Origin: a virus
Lineage: Duplodnaviria; Caudoviricetes
IMG/VR virus record: IMGVR_UViG_3300025030_000018
Span: 1-61,771 of that record
Direction: 5' to 3' (one strand)
DNA length: 61,771 nt
The stretch's first letter is position 1, and every line of letters begins with the position of its first letter. Of this stretch, positions 44,918-54,955 are shown piece after piece. Position numbers and translations under genes: made by a program. The notes under the pieces were generated by a model, which was not told the DNA's origin, made no database searches, and saw nothing but the letters and a program-made list of their open reading frames with translations.

Positions 44918-46393
44918 ATGGCTGATCTTGCGAGATATAAGCGCCCTGACGAAGTTTACAGCATTTACGCCCCTGGCACCCCGACTGTGGCGGCGCAGGA
45001 CAAGATGACTACCGCTGTTGTTGCGCCTATAAGGCGGGCAGTAGATGACGCTGTCACTATGACAGGGGGTAAACTTGTGCAGCGAGGGATAAACGCTTTG
45101 GCTGCTACCTCGGCTGCTAACGATGCGGCGGTAAATAGGTACAACCTCCAGTCTGGTATTGTCGACCGACGTAACGAACTTATGCGGGAATCGACTCTTC
45201 CGGGAGGGGTGCTTCCGCCTCAACCAGTGGTGGCAGCCGATCCTCCTGTTCCGGCGGGTCTGCAGCGTGACGGCATCCAGAGTGCTGGATGGCAGCCTGC
45301 CGCATCGCCTGTCGCTTCACAGAACGACCTCGCAATAAAAGACAGCATCGCCAAGATCGACGCAGCCATCGCTGGGGGGATGCGGCCGTCGGCCGAGCAG
45401 GCCCAGCGCATCGCTGCCATTAAGCAGCAGGCAGGCTTCTTACGCGGCAGTCCGTCAGGGCCTACCGGGACGCGGTCGGTGCCGCTGCAGGCCCGGACAG
45501 GAGGCATCCGCCGAGTAGGTAACATGGACGTTCAGTTCGCCCCGGGCACCGACGCCGCAGCGCAATCTAGGTTCCTTGAAAATCCAGTTCGACCAACTGC
45601 GCAGATCAATCGGTTCAACGCCAGTCGAGGGCTTGACGCCGGCCAAGGTATCCGCGCCGCGCAGAATGCAGACAGGATACTTGATCGCCCCCCGCAGGGA
45701 GGCCCAGGCCCTACGCTCCTTACCAGAGAAAACTCTCCCGGGATGGGGTGGAAGCAACGCAGCAAGCTCAACGAGCAGCTTCTCGCTAACGAGCAGTCCG
45801 GGCAGAACGCCAGATTGCAGTCAGAAACTTCGTTTGGCACCGCCGGTATCCAGGCCGACACTTCGCGACTCGGGTTCCGTAACCAGCGGGAGATCGCCGG
45901 TATCCAGGCCGACACTTCGCGACTCGGGTTCCGTAACCAGCGGGAGATCGCCGCAGCCGGCGACGCAGTACAGATGGACAGGAACAAGATTCTCGCCTCC
46001 GAGGCTGAGTCGCAGAATGCCTATCGCGGGGTGCAGGCTGCAGAACTCCCCAAGGAGAACGCCTCGCAGCAGGCAGAACGATCAGCGCGAGCGGAGCAAG
46101 CGGCAGCGACCACGGCCGGGATTCGACAGGCTACGGAGCAAGGGAAACTGATGAAGTTCTCCAGAGAAGTTCCGAACTCAGTCGATCCGAAGTTTGGGGT
46201 GCCAATGAAGCAAGAAGGGTTCTACAACCCGTTGACGGAGAAAACGATTATTCCCGGAGAACTTGGGATGCGGAGCGCAGCACCTGCAGTACCACAAGAC
46301 GCCTCGCAGCTAGTGGTAGGTCAGACGTACACTGCCGCAAACGGCAGTCAGGTTATATGGGACGGTAAAGGCTTTAAGAGGATATCCAACTAA
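44918..46393 (+). CDS. Putative internal virion/ejection protein
   Basis: 491 aa, Ala/Gln-rich and low complexity; precedes the giant gene; AGGAGG RBS. Confidence 0.6.
   Translation: MADLARYKRPDEVYSIYAPGTPTVAAQDKMTTAVVAPIRRAVDDAVTMTGGKLVQRGINALAATSAANDAAVNRYNLQSGIVDRRNELMRESTLPGGVLPPQPVVAADPPVPAGLQRDGIQSAGWQPAASPVASQNDLAIKDSIAKIDAAIAGGMRPSAEQAQRIAAIKQQAGFLRGSPSGPTGTRSVPLQARTGGIRRVGNMDVQFAPGTDAAAQSRFLENPVRPTAQINRFNASRGLDAGQGIRAAQNADRILDRPPQGGPGPTLLTRENSPGMGWKQRSKLNEQLLANEQSGQNARLQSETSFGTAGIQADTSRLGFRNQREIAGIQADTSRLGFRNQREIAAAGDAVQMDRNKILASEAESQNAYRGVQAAELPKENASQQAERSARAEQAAATTAGIRQATEQGKLMKFSREVPNSVDPKFGVPMKQEGFYNPLTEKTIIPGELGMRSAAPAVPQDASQLVVGQTYTAANGSQVIWDGKGFKRISN
45841..45953. repeat. Exact in-frame 54-bp tandem duplication
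   Basis: 45841-45894 = 45895-45948 (AGIQADTSRLGFRNQREI twice). Confidence 0.95.
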
Positions 46394-46405
46394 GCAGGGG
46401 CGCAA

Positions 46406-49400
46406 ATGGCTGAGTACTTGTCAGACGATGAGGTTTTCGGGGCAACCGATGGATACCTTCCAGAGGATCAAGTTTTTGGTAGTTCGCCCCCTGCCGAAGG
46501 AGGCCTCGCGGCTTCTTTCAAGTCCGCCGTAGGGCAGACGATCAAGGGTGTCGGCCAGGCCGCTGCGGACTTTATTCCCGGTGTCTCTCAGGCCAACCCG
46601 GTCAGCACCTACGGGCAGAGCGTCATCGACGCCAACCCGACGGCGATCAACAAACTGAGCGATGTCGTCGACAAGCCAGTCACCGCGGTCAAGGAAGCGG
46701 TAGGTAACGTCGCCCCGTCCGTCGCCGGCGCTCTCGGCATCCGCGCTCTTGGGCAGGGGATCACTGCGGCTGCGCCGTATGCCACTGCGATTAACCCACT
46801 TCTTGGCGGACTTACTGCTATAGCAGGTCAAGCTATCTCTTGGGGCGGTCCGATCGCCATGGCAGCCCTCCCCTCTTACGGTGGGATCAGAGGCGAGCAG
46901 ATTGAGAAGGACCCAACCGCCACAACCTCCGGAGCCGACAAGGCCGTAGCCGCTCTCGGTGCGGCGACAGTCGGTGCGATCGAGCAGAAGTTCGGCCCGC
47001 AGGATTGGGCAACAAAACTCGTCACGAAAGAAGGCCGCGACCAGCTTGCCAAGATGATGGCGAGCACCACCCTGAAAGGCGCAGTCGTGAAAGGTGCCGG
47101 CAAGGGCGCACTCATCGAAGGCGCGGAGGAACTCGTCCAGAACCCGGTTGAGCAGATCGCTGCCTACGACAACCCCCTGACCAAAGAGAGTCTCGAAGAG
47201 ACCGCACTCGGCGGCGTGATGGGTGCTTTAGGCGGAGGTGTTGCCGGCGGAGCGTTCGGTGGTGGGGCACGACGTAGTCCGGCTGCGGTCGACAAGGTAC
47301 AGGAGCAGCTACTTAATAATTTATTAAAAGACACCAACGTCTCCGTCACCGACGGCAAGGCGTCGTTCATGGTCGGAGACCAGCAGGTCACAGTCGACCC
47401 GATCGAGTTGGGTAACCGGCTTGCTGCCGGCGAGACTCTTGCCACCATGCCCCAGGACTTTTTGTTTGGGGAGAGAGGCCTTGCCAGGCCCGCCGCTCCT
47501 GCAGTTGCCGGCACTGACCTCGACAGAGCTACCTCCGACATTGACTGGGAGCAGCAGGCTCAGGCTGCACAAGCGCGGAACCAAGCGGCCAACAACCAGG
47601 ACTACGACGCCCAGATCGCCCGGGCCGAGGCTCTTGGGATGCGCGACCCGCGCAGCATCGCCATTGATCAGGACATCAAGAGCTATAGCCCGGACGTGCC
47701 GCTCGGGATGAGGCGCCTGGCCCAGCCGGCCCCGGCCGCAGTCGCCGAGACGAACCTTGAGCAGGCGACTTCCGACATCGAGTGGGAGCAACAGCAGAGC
47801 GAGGCCCTCGCCCGTAACCAATCGGCGAACACAGTTGAGACCAAACGTAATTTCTTAGGCACGGCTGCACCCGAACTCGGCAACGCTGACGAGGTAGCCC
47901 TGCGGGAGTACACTCCCGAGCCGCCTCCTGCCGACAAGTCGATCATCGCCAACCTCTCAGGCCGGCCGATCGCAACCGAACGCGCGACGCTTGGAGCCAT
48001 CAAGCGGGAGGGCGAGGACCCGGCAAACTACGATGTCGTGCCTGTCAAGGACGGGTTTATTGCCGTAAGGAAACCAGATGCTCCCCAAGCCTCTACCGTT
48101 GAGCCGGCATCCGGAACCGGCGTCGCGGCAAGCTCACCCCGGGGAGCCGCTTCTTTAGACAACCGTTCCATAACTGACCTTTCCCCTCAAGTGATGGAGG
48201 CAGCGAGTGCAGAAGCCCAAGGACGAACCCAAACCCCCGCCCAAGGAGCCGGAAATCCGGCTGCCGAGCTGGGGAGTGTCAATCCCGCGCAAGCGGCTCA
48301 GGTGGTAACCAACCCGGAGGTCTCGACCCCGGGCGCGGGGGCGGCAACGCCCCCTGCTTCAAAAATCTCCTTCGTCAACCAGCAGGCTTACGACAACTAC
48401 CTCGCCACGAACAACCTCAAGCCCGAGGGAGTGAGCACCTCCGTTTCGCCGGAGGGCGTGATCACCGTCGACCCGGCCGCGCCGGTGTTTACTGCTCAGA
48501 CCAAAGGTGCGGCTCTGGGGTATATCAGCAGGAACAAACTGCAGGCGACGCACGAGGTCGTGACCCGGGCTGACGGCGGAGCAGACGTGGTGCTGAAGGC
48601 GCCTGAGACTTACGAATCCCTCCAAGCCAAAACTGCTAAAGGCGAGGTTCAGGAGATCACTGCCACGCAGCTTTTCTCCTCAATAGCCAAGGCGCCGAGC
48701 GAGGTGACGAGAAACTTAGGCACCCTTCTCCATCAGTTCACGCCGCAGTCAAAACTCGCAAATATCAAGGTCGTCATCGACCCGAATGCAAAATCTGCAT
48801 CTTACCGGCCGTCGACCAGGACGGTCACGGTCAAGGACCTGAACCAGTTCGAGACCTCGCTGCATGAGATAGTGCATTCTGTCACCGTTGCCGAACTCGC
48901 GGCGAACCCGGGTATGCAGAAGCGCCTTAAGCAGGTCATGCTGCAGGCCCGTAGGGAAGCGATCAAGCAGGGGCTGATCTCTGAGCAACAGATGAAAGAG
49001 ATCGAAGCGGCAGGGGGCAGCAAGGCCTTCAAAAACAAGTTCCCGGCGGGCACCTTATCCGGGGTTGAGAATATCGCCTACGCTTTCACCAATGAGAAAG
49101 AGTTCCTCGCTCAAGCGTTCTCCTCGCCGCAGGTCCAGCAGTTCCTCGAGTCGGTGCAGATCAATAACGGCGGCAAGCTCCGCTCGGCCTGGGACGCGCT
49201 CGTTGAGAAGGTCATGCAGGTCCTGGGGATTGATGTCAAGCACAAGACGGCGTTCAGCGAGGCGATCAAGATCACGGCGCAGTTGGCAGGGCAGGAGGCG
49301 TCTTCCACAAGCACCACCTCGCAGCAGGTGAGCGCCGAGCAGAAAAGCTACGACCCAGATACTGCCGAGGCTACGTTCGTCCAGAAAGGTATTGAAGGCA

Positions 49401-52400
49401 AGACAACTACCGAGGCTATTCAATTCTTGGTGGACAACGCGCCGAGTGCCAGCTACATGCTGATCGCCAAGAAGGTAAAAGACGCCATCAACAAACTGAA
49501 GGGCGCCGGAGTCAAGTTCGACTTTAAGGTAGTGCATGTCGGAGATCAGGTGCCCAGGTCCCTGCTCGGGTCTAGAGGCATATCCTCTACAGATTTCAAG
49601 GGCGGAATCTCTAACACCATCTGGCTGAACGGGGCGGACGTTACCGGCAAAGTTGGGATGTCTTACGAGACAGTCCTGCATGAATTGGTTCACGCCGCTT
49701 CGCAGGCTGCAATCTTTCTCGGCAACCGCAAGGCAAGCGCAGGCAGTTCGATCGCAAAGTCTACGGCCGACCTGTTCGTCGTGACGAATCAGATCGTTAA
49801 GCACTTCAACAATAGAGTTAGAGAGTCACAAGCCGGAGGCCCTGCGCTCACAGAATTTGAGCAAAGGATTTACTCAGGCGCGACCAACTCAGTACAGTCC
49901 GTTGACGAGATTCTCGCTTGGACTTTGACCAACAAGGAGATGCAGGCCTACCTGGAGACGATAAAAATATCCAAGACCGAGACCCTTTGGAGCAAGTTCG
50001 TCTCCGCAGTCCGCACCCTTCTTGGCTTGCCGGCCTCGGCCGACACCGCTCTCAGTGAGGTTCTCCGCATCGGCGAGGACATTTTCAACGCCCCGATCAA
50101 TGAGATTGCGGAAGCGAACACTGTTTTTAATGGGGGACTCGCTACGGCCAAGCAGGCTACTGCGTTTCAAGTGACGAGCGAACAAGTCTTCGAATCCCTC
50201 GACACCGCCCTCAAGGCCGGCCACGACCGGGTACTGCAGGCTGCTCAGGCTCTGGCGAATCCGAAAAATAAACTGCACGAGTTCTACCTGCAGCACGCGG
50301 ACAAGTGGCTGAGTGTCCTGCCCAAATCCTTCCTCGGGGCGACACTGGGGAAGACGGTCAAGCAACTGCAGTGGTCGGTTGATCACTTGAACGAGATGCT
50401 GTCGACCAAGACCAGGATCTCCGACGACTCTTACAAGATTTATCAGCAGGCGAAAAAAGTCGCCGAGAAGGGCGCAGGCGTCGACGCCTTCAACGATGCA
50501 CTCCTGAAAGGCACCTATTATCAGATGCTCCCGTGGGCGGACCAGTACAGCCAAGATTGGGGCCGGAAAGGGGCCAACAAGCAGGAGTATATAAAGAGCG
50601 CCCAGATCGAGTGGGAGAACTCCGGTATGGCGAAGTCCACCGGCAAGCATTATCTGCAGGCGTGGAAAGAAGCGCACGCCGCTTGGGCAAAGATGGACAA
50701 GGCCTCAAAAGAACAAGCCCTACGTGTGATCGACGATCTCAAGGCCATGCGCCAGAGGGAGCGGGACAACCTCCTCGCAGCCATCGAAGAGAGTACTAAG
50801 AACGACCCGGCCACAAGAGCAAAGTTGATGGAGAGGTTCAACCTCGTGTTCTCCAACATCAAGGGTATCTACGTACCACTCTCCCGGTACGGCAACCTGT
50901 ATCTCGAGTACACGGCAAAGGACGGCACCAGAGAAGTTCTTCACTTCGACTCCATCGCCGAGCGTGATCAGGCGAAACTCACCGCCAAAGCAAACGGGGC
51001 GAAGCAGGACTCTTTCGTCGAAGGCGTAATCGAGGAGCACACCGCTACTCACGGCGCGGTGCCGTCGGAACTCATCAACCAAGTCCTCACCAGTGTCAGA
51101 GCCAACTACCTGACGGGAGTAGACCCGACCGACGGCGACGCTGTAGCCGACGCCGAGAGCCGGGCACAGGCCCTGGTATCAGGGATCAACCAGACTTTTC
51201 TGCGCTGGCTGCCGGACACCGCAGCACTCAAGAACTCGATCCACAGGAAGAGCACCAAGGGCGCCAGCACCGACATGCTGCGCAGCTACATCGACTACAT
51301 GCTCAGGCACGCCTCATCCGCCGCGTGGATGGAAGTAGGCAAGAAACTCGAAGCTGACATCCAGAGCCTGGCCGAAGAAAACCGAGAACTCCGCAAGAAG
51401 GGAGACATCGACCTGACACTGCGCGGGCACATCTTGAACAATGAGCGCCGGTGGCTGCAGGCTATCCGGACCCGGTCGACCAACGTAGTCAGTTCGACGA
51501 TCAGCGCCCTCGGCACCGGCTACTACATGACCTCGCCGTCCACCTTCCTCGTGCAGTTGACTCAGTTGCCGGCAATCACGCTGCCTAATCTCTCAGCGCG
51601 GTTCGGATGGGGCAAGTCCTCCGCGGCTCTTGGCAAAGGGTTCAAACAGGCGTTCTCCAAGGACTTCACCGAAGAGGCCATGCTCGCTGATACCGAGGTC
51701 GACAAGGTCTACCAAGCACTGCACCGTAGGGTAAGCGAGGCCGAGCGCACCCCCAACCGTCCGGTAGGCTCCGAGTGGTACACTCAGGCCGAGAAAGACG
51801 CGATGATCGCCAAGTTGAACTACAAGCAGAAGCAGTTGCTCATGCTCCGAGAAGCCATTGCTATGAACCTCCTTGATATCTCAGCAGTGCATGAGGCCCA
51901 GGCAGAGGCGTTCGGCAAGAAGACCTCGGTGCTCGGCAAAGCGTTCAGCTACGCTATGCTCCCTATGCAGCATGGAGAGTTAGGCAGCCGGAAAGCTGCG
52001 GCGCTCGCCACGTTCGATCTCGCTACTCAGGATAAGAAAGACTTCTTCACCGCCATGCAGGAGATCAAGAAGACCATCTCCGAAACTCTCTACTCCTACG
52101 CTAAAGAGGACAAAGGATATGTCCTGCAAGGCTCGGTGCCTACCGCACTCCTGCAGTTCCAGACCTACCGGATAAACACCGCCCTGCGCCTCGGGCTGCT
52201 TATGTGGCAGTCAGTGAAGGGGGAAACACCGGAGGTGAAAAAGGCCGCGTGGAAAGAGTTCAAGGGCATTGCCGGCATGTCGGCCCTTCTCGGCGGAGCC
52301 AACGGTCTCGTCTTCGGTTCTCTCTTGTTCGGAGTGGCGAACCTCTTCGGTGGCGATGACGACGAGCCGTGGGATGCCAAACTCGCCATGACCAACTGGC

Positions 52401-53110
52401 TGAAAGAGACCTTCGGCGAGACTGCCGGCGACGCTGCGATGTTCGGCCTGCCCTCCCTCTTGGGCGTCAACGTCTCCAACCGGATCGGCATGGCGAACAT
52501 CTTCGGCACCCAGACCGACCCGCCCTCTGGCCTCCATGGGGCAGGACTCGCCGCCTGGTACGCAGGCAACCTGCTCGGCCCAGGCTTCTCGGTCGCCCAG
52601 TCGTGGGTTAAGGGCTACGACCAGATGATGAACAAAGGGAACTACATGCGAGGGCTCGAGGAGGCCACACCCAAACCGATCAGGGACGCTCTGAAGGCGT
52701 ACCGTGTCGGCGCGGAAGGGTTGAAGGACGGACAAGGCAAGAGGTTGCTGGACGACGCTGCGATCGGGCCGGACGAGATCCTGATGGTAGGCCTTGGGTT
52801 TACTCCCTCTGAGATCGCCGCCGCTCAGACCGCAAACTTCACCCTGAACAAGATGAAGACCGAGGTCAGCGAACGCCGCGGCCGGCTGGTGCGTGATGCG
52901 GCTAACGCCATTATCGAGGGCGGAGACACGACGGAAGTTCTCGAAGCTATTCGGAAGTACAACGAGAGGATGCCGGGGAGAGCCATCTCCGGCCGAGACC
53001 TCCGGCCAGTTATAAGAAGACTGGTACTCGGAGACCTCGGGGAGACGGACAGCACTGATCTAATGATGGCCGATCAGTTTGGGATTCCTACTTATACTGC
53101 GGGGCAGTAA
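46406..53110 (+). CDS. Large polyvalent internal virion protein with two zincin metallopeptidase-like domains and a PLxRFG-like region
   Basis: 2234 aa; HEIVH...EFLAQAFS and HELVH...EILAWTLT; YVPLSRYG. Confidence 0.8.
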   Translation: MAEYLSDDEVFGATDGYLPEDQVFGSSPPAEGGLAASFKSAVGQTIKGVGQAAADFIPGVSQANPVSTYGQSVIDANPTAINKLSDVVDKPVTAVKEAVGNVAPSVAGALGIRALGQGITAAAPYATAINPLLGGLTAIAGQAISWGGPIAMAALPSYGGIRGEQIEKDPTATTSGADKAVAALGAATVGAIEQKFGPQDWATKLVTKEGRDQLAKMMASTTLKGAVVKGAGKGALIEGAEELVQNPVEQIAAYDNPLTKESLEETALGGVMGALGGGVAGGAFGGGARRSPAAVDKVQEQLLNNLLKDTNVSVTDGKASFMVGDQQVTVDPIELGNRLAAGETLATMPQDFLFGERGLARPAAPAVAGTDLDRATSDIDWEQQAQAAQARNQAANNQDYDAQIARAEALGMRDPRSIAIDQDIKSYSPDVPLGMRRLAQPAPAAVAETNLEQATSDIEWEQQQSEALARNQSANTVETKRNFLGTAAPELGNADEVALREYTPEPPPADKSIIANLSGRPIATERATLGAIKREGEDPANYDVVPVKDGFIAVRKPDAPQASTVEPASGTGVAASSPRGAASLDNRSITDLSPQVMEAASAEAQGRTQTPAQGAGNPAAELGSVNPAQAAQVVTNPEVSTPGAGAATPPASKISFVNQQAYDNYLATNNLKPEGVSTSVSPEGVITVDPAAPVFTAQTKGAALGYISRNKLQATHEVVTRADGGADVVLKAPETYESLQAKTAKGEVQEITATQLFSSIAKAPSEVTRNLGTLLHQFTPQSKLANIKVVIDPNAKSASYRPSTRTVTVKDLNQFETSLHEIVHSVTVAELAANPGMQKRLKQVMLQARREAIKQGLISEQQMKEIEAAGGSKAFKNKFPAGTLSGVENIAYAFTNEKEFLAQAFSSPQVQQFLESVQINNGGKLRSAWDALVEKVMQVLGIDVKHKTAFSEAIKITAQLAGQEASSTSTTSQQVSAEQKSYDPDTAEATFVQKGIEGKTTTEAIQFLVDNAPSASYMLIAKKVKDAINKLKGAGVKFDFKVVHVGDQVPRSLLGSRGISSTDFKGGISNTIWLNGADVTGKVGMSYETVLHELVHAASQAAIFLGNRKASAGSSIAKSTADLFVVTNQIVKHFNNRVRESQAGGPALTEFEQRIYSGATNSVQSVDEILAWTLTNKEMQAYLETIKISKTETLWSKFVSAVRTLLGLPASADTALSEVLRIGEDIFNAPINEIAEANTVFNGGLATAKQATAFQVTSEQVFESLDTALKAGHDRVLQAAQALANPKNKLHEFYLQHADKWLSVLPKSFLGATLGKTVKQLQWSVDHLNEMLSTKTRISDDSYKIYQQAKKVAEKGAGVDAFNDALLKGTYYQMLPWADQYSQDWGRKGANKQEYIKSAQIEWENSGMAKSTGKHYLQAWKEAHAAWAKMDKASKEQALRVIDDLKAMRQRERDNLLAAIEESTKNDPATRAKLMERFNLVFSNIKGIYVPLSRYGNLYLEYTAKDGTREVLHFDSIAERDQAKLTAKANGAKQDSFVEGVIEEHTATHGAVPSELINQVLTSVRANYLTGVDPTDGDAVADAESRAQALVSGINQTFLRWLPDTAALKNSIHRKSTKGASTDMLRSYIDYMLRHASSAAWMEVGKKLEADIQSLAEENRELRKKGDIDLTLRGHILNNERRWLQAIRTRSTNVVSSTISALGTGYYMTSPSTFLVQLTQLPAITLPNLSARFGWGKSSAALGKGFKQAFSKDFTEEAMLADTEVDKVYQALHRRVSEAERTPNRPVGSEWYTQAEKDAMIAKLNYKQKQLLMLREAIAMNLLDISAVHEAQAEAFGKKTSVLGKAFSYAMLPMQHGELGSRKAAALATFDLATQDKKDFFTAMQEIKKTISETLYSYAKEDKGYVLQGSVPTALLQFQTYRINTALRLGLLMWQSVKGETPEVKKAAWKEFKGIAGMSALLGGANGLVFGSLLFGVANLFGGDDDEPWDAKLAMTNWLKETFGETAGDAAMFGLPSLLGVNVSNRIGMANIFGTQTDPPSGLHGAGLAAWYAGNLLGPGFSVAQSWVKGYDQMMNKGNYMRGLEEATPKPIRDALKAYRVGAEGLKDGQGKRLLDDAAIGPDEILMVGLGFTPSEIAAAQTANFTLNKMKTEVSERRGRLVRDAANAIIEGGDTTEVLEAIRKYNERMPGRAISGRDLRPVIRRLVLGDLGETDSTDLMMADQFGIPTYTAGQ

Positions 53111-53152
53111 AAAAGAAAACGCCTCGACCGCTGGGAACGGTCAAAGGCGTTA
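53108..53152. terminator. Terminator between the convergent arms
   Basis: AACGCCT..GACCG-loop-CGGTC..AGGCGTT stem flanked by an A-tract (U-tract on the minus strand). Confidence 0.7.
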
Positions 53153-53164
53153 AAGATGTGTTGA

Positions 53165-53446
53165 CTAATTTGGAGAGTAGCCTATCTGCGCAGAATGTGC
53201 AACAGGTTTCTTTACCGCCCACCCATTCTTTTTCGAGTACGTGAGTACTCCGGCCTTTCTCAAGGCGAACAATCGGCGGTTAAGAACGTTGTACGGGGTT
53301 TTGTAGGTGCTGCTCCCCAGGCCGATAACTTCTTCGAACACTTTCCCGTCCATCACTATGTCATACATCTGGCATTTACCCTCGAGATTGGCTACTCTTT
53401 CCAGGATTAAGCCATCTATGGCAGCGACTTTTTCTTGAATGCTCAC
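53165..53446 (-). CDS. Hypothetical protein, possibly winged-helix
   Basis: 93 aa; LNRRLFALRKAGVLTY...GW; AAGGAG RBS. Confidence 0.6.
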   Translation of the reverse strand: MSIQEKVAAIDGLILERVANLEGKCQMYDIVMDGKVFEEVIGLGSSTYKTPYNVLNRRLFALRKAGVLTYSKKNGWAVKKPVAHSAQIGYSPN

Positions 53447-53536
53447 AGTATTCTCCTTTTTGTTCGCAACTCGTTACCGGAGGTAACGGCACCACCGGCC
53501 GGCGAGACCTCGGCGTGGCCGAGGAGTTTGGGATTC

Positions 53537-53863
53537 CTACTTACTACCAGACAGCCAATTGAGTACCTCAAGCTCCATGCGCTTTCCGAAGTTTCTTAAA
53601 TCTCTGAGTCGCTCGCCGGAGGCTAAGAATTTTTGTAAGTCGTCCTTTGAAGTAATACCATTGTTGTGTAAAATATTCCGGACTCGTGTAGAAAGCGCGT
53701 TCTCCATGGTTTGAGAATCTCCGTTTTTCGCCCTGGACTCCTCGCGCTTAAGGATTTGACGGGCGCGTTCTGTAGATACTCCCACTGCCTCTCCTATGAT
53801 TCTGTACGGATACCCCTCAGAGCGCCATTTTTTCATAAGTTCTATCCATCGTGCGCATACCAT
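53537..53863 (-). CDS. HTH plus RNA polymerase alpha-CTD-like domain protein
   Basis: IGEAVGVSTERARQI and LSTRVRNILHNNGI...LRNFGKR..EV. Confidence 0.75.
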   Translation of the reverse strand: MVCARWIELMKKWRSEGYPYRIIGEAVGVSTERARQILKREESRAKNGDSQTMENALSTRVRNILHNNGITSKDDLQKFLASGERLRDLRNFGKRMELEVLNWLSGSK

Positions 53864-53922
53864 CCCTCCACCTCCTTATTTTAGTTTTCCCGCCTCAAGT
53901 TAAAATAAGAGGCGGGGTTGTT

Positions 53923-54432
53923 TTAGTTTCCGAGACGATCAGCCGCAATAGCGGCGTAGCCACAAATATCCACATATGAATCCCGGCTTGGCTTCTGGCC
54001 TTGGATACGGGCCATCTTGAACAGGACCATCATGTGGGCGATGTCCTTGGCGGAGAGCGGGTCACTGCATACTTTATACTCTTGCAAGTACACCTCCCAG
54101 TATTGAGCAATCACCGCGAACGAATCCTCCGGACTCCCGTAAACGTCCTGCCGCTCGCCACAGATTGTGGCCTTGGCCTCGTCGAGGCAGTCTCCCAATT
54201 TCACTTCCATCTTCGCTTTCTCCTCATAAAATTCATCTACCATCCGTTGTGAATCGGCAACGGCCCACGCCTGCCATTCCTTATTACACTCCTCGCATAA
54301 TATTTTGCCGTGATTCGGCTTGCCGCATTTGATGCACTCGTTCGGCGCCTTCTCCGTCGGCCGGTAGCACCCGCAATGATACGACTGGTGAACGCTGCAG
54401 TAGCCTGATTCGTCGATCCAAGATGGTCTCAT
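53923..54432 (-). CDS. DUF6378-like protein with Cys-rich N-terminus
   Basis: L.EA...I.GERQ..YG.PEDSF..IA..W...K.AR....DSYVDICGYAA. Confidence 0.75.
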   Translation of the reverse strand: MRPSWIDESGYCSVHQSYHCGCYRPTEKAPNECIKCGKPNHGKILCEECNKEWQAWAVADSQRMVDEFYEEKAKMEVKLGDCLDEAKATICGERQDVYGSPEDSFAVIAQYWEVYLQEYKVCSDPLSAKDIAHMMVLFKMARIQGQKPSRDSYVDICGYAAIAADRLGN

Positions 54433-54433
54433 A

Positions 54434-54955
54434 TCAGCCCCTCCCTTCCGGAAAAATCAAAACGTCAAAGTGCGGAAGCCCTTCGACGAAGTCACAGAAT
54501 ATCTGCCAGTCAGGATGTCGGTGCTTTCGCCTCGCCCGATACATTGCCCGCAGGGCCTGGTAGGACACCATGATAATCCTGGTGTAGACTTTCTCCGGCA
54601 GGTCGGCCTGCTTCTGTTCAGCAAGAGCCTCGCCAGTCAGTTCTTTCAGTTCGCCGTGCATGGCCGACGAGGTGGACAGGCACTCTACGCCGTGCCTGTA
54701 AGTCTCGAACTCCATCATGAAGCCGACCTGCAGGTTCATGCGGAGATAAGCTACAACCCCCCTCATAGCCTTGGCGTGATCGCTGCCAGCGCGGATAAGC
54801 CTTCCAGCAAGGTTAGCGTCTTCCGAGCCTATGTCGACGGTGTCTGCGGCATACGCGATCGAATCAGACTTGGTTCCTTTCGGCAACCGCATGGCAAGCA
54901 TAGACTCCCACACTCCATGTACTGAGAGTAGTTCAATTTCCAGTGGTTTATACAT
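54434..54955 (-). CDS. Divergent ThyX-like protein
   Basis: AMR.P, G.DH.K.MR, EF.TYR, S.S.MH, Y..LR.MY..RR.HR...W..FC. Confidence 0.5.
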   Translation of the reverse strand: MYKPLEIELLSVHGVWESMLAMRLPKGTKSDSIAYAADTVDIGSEDANLAGRLIRAGSDHAKAMRGVVAYLRMNLQVGFMMEFETYRHGVECLSTSSAMHGELKELTGEALAEQKQADLPEKVYTRIIMVSYQALRAMYRARRKHRHPDWQIFCDFVEGLPHFDVLIFPEGRG

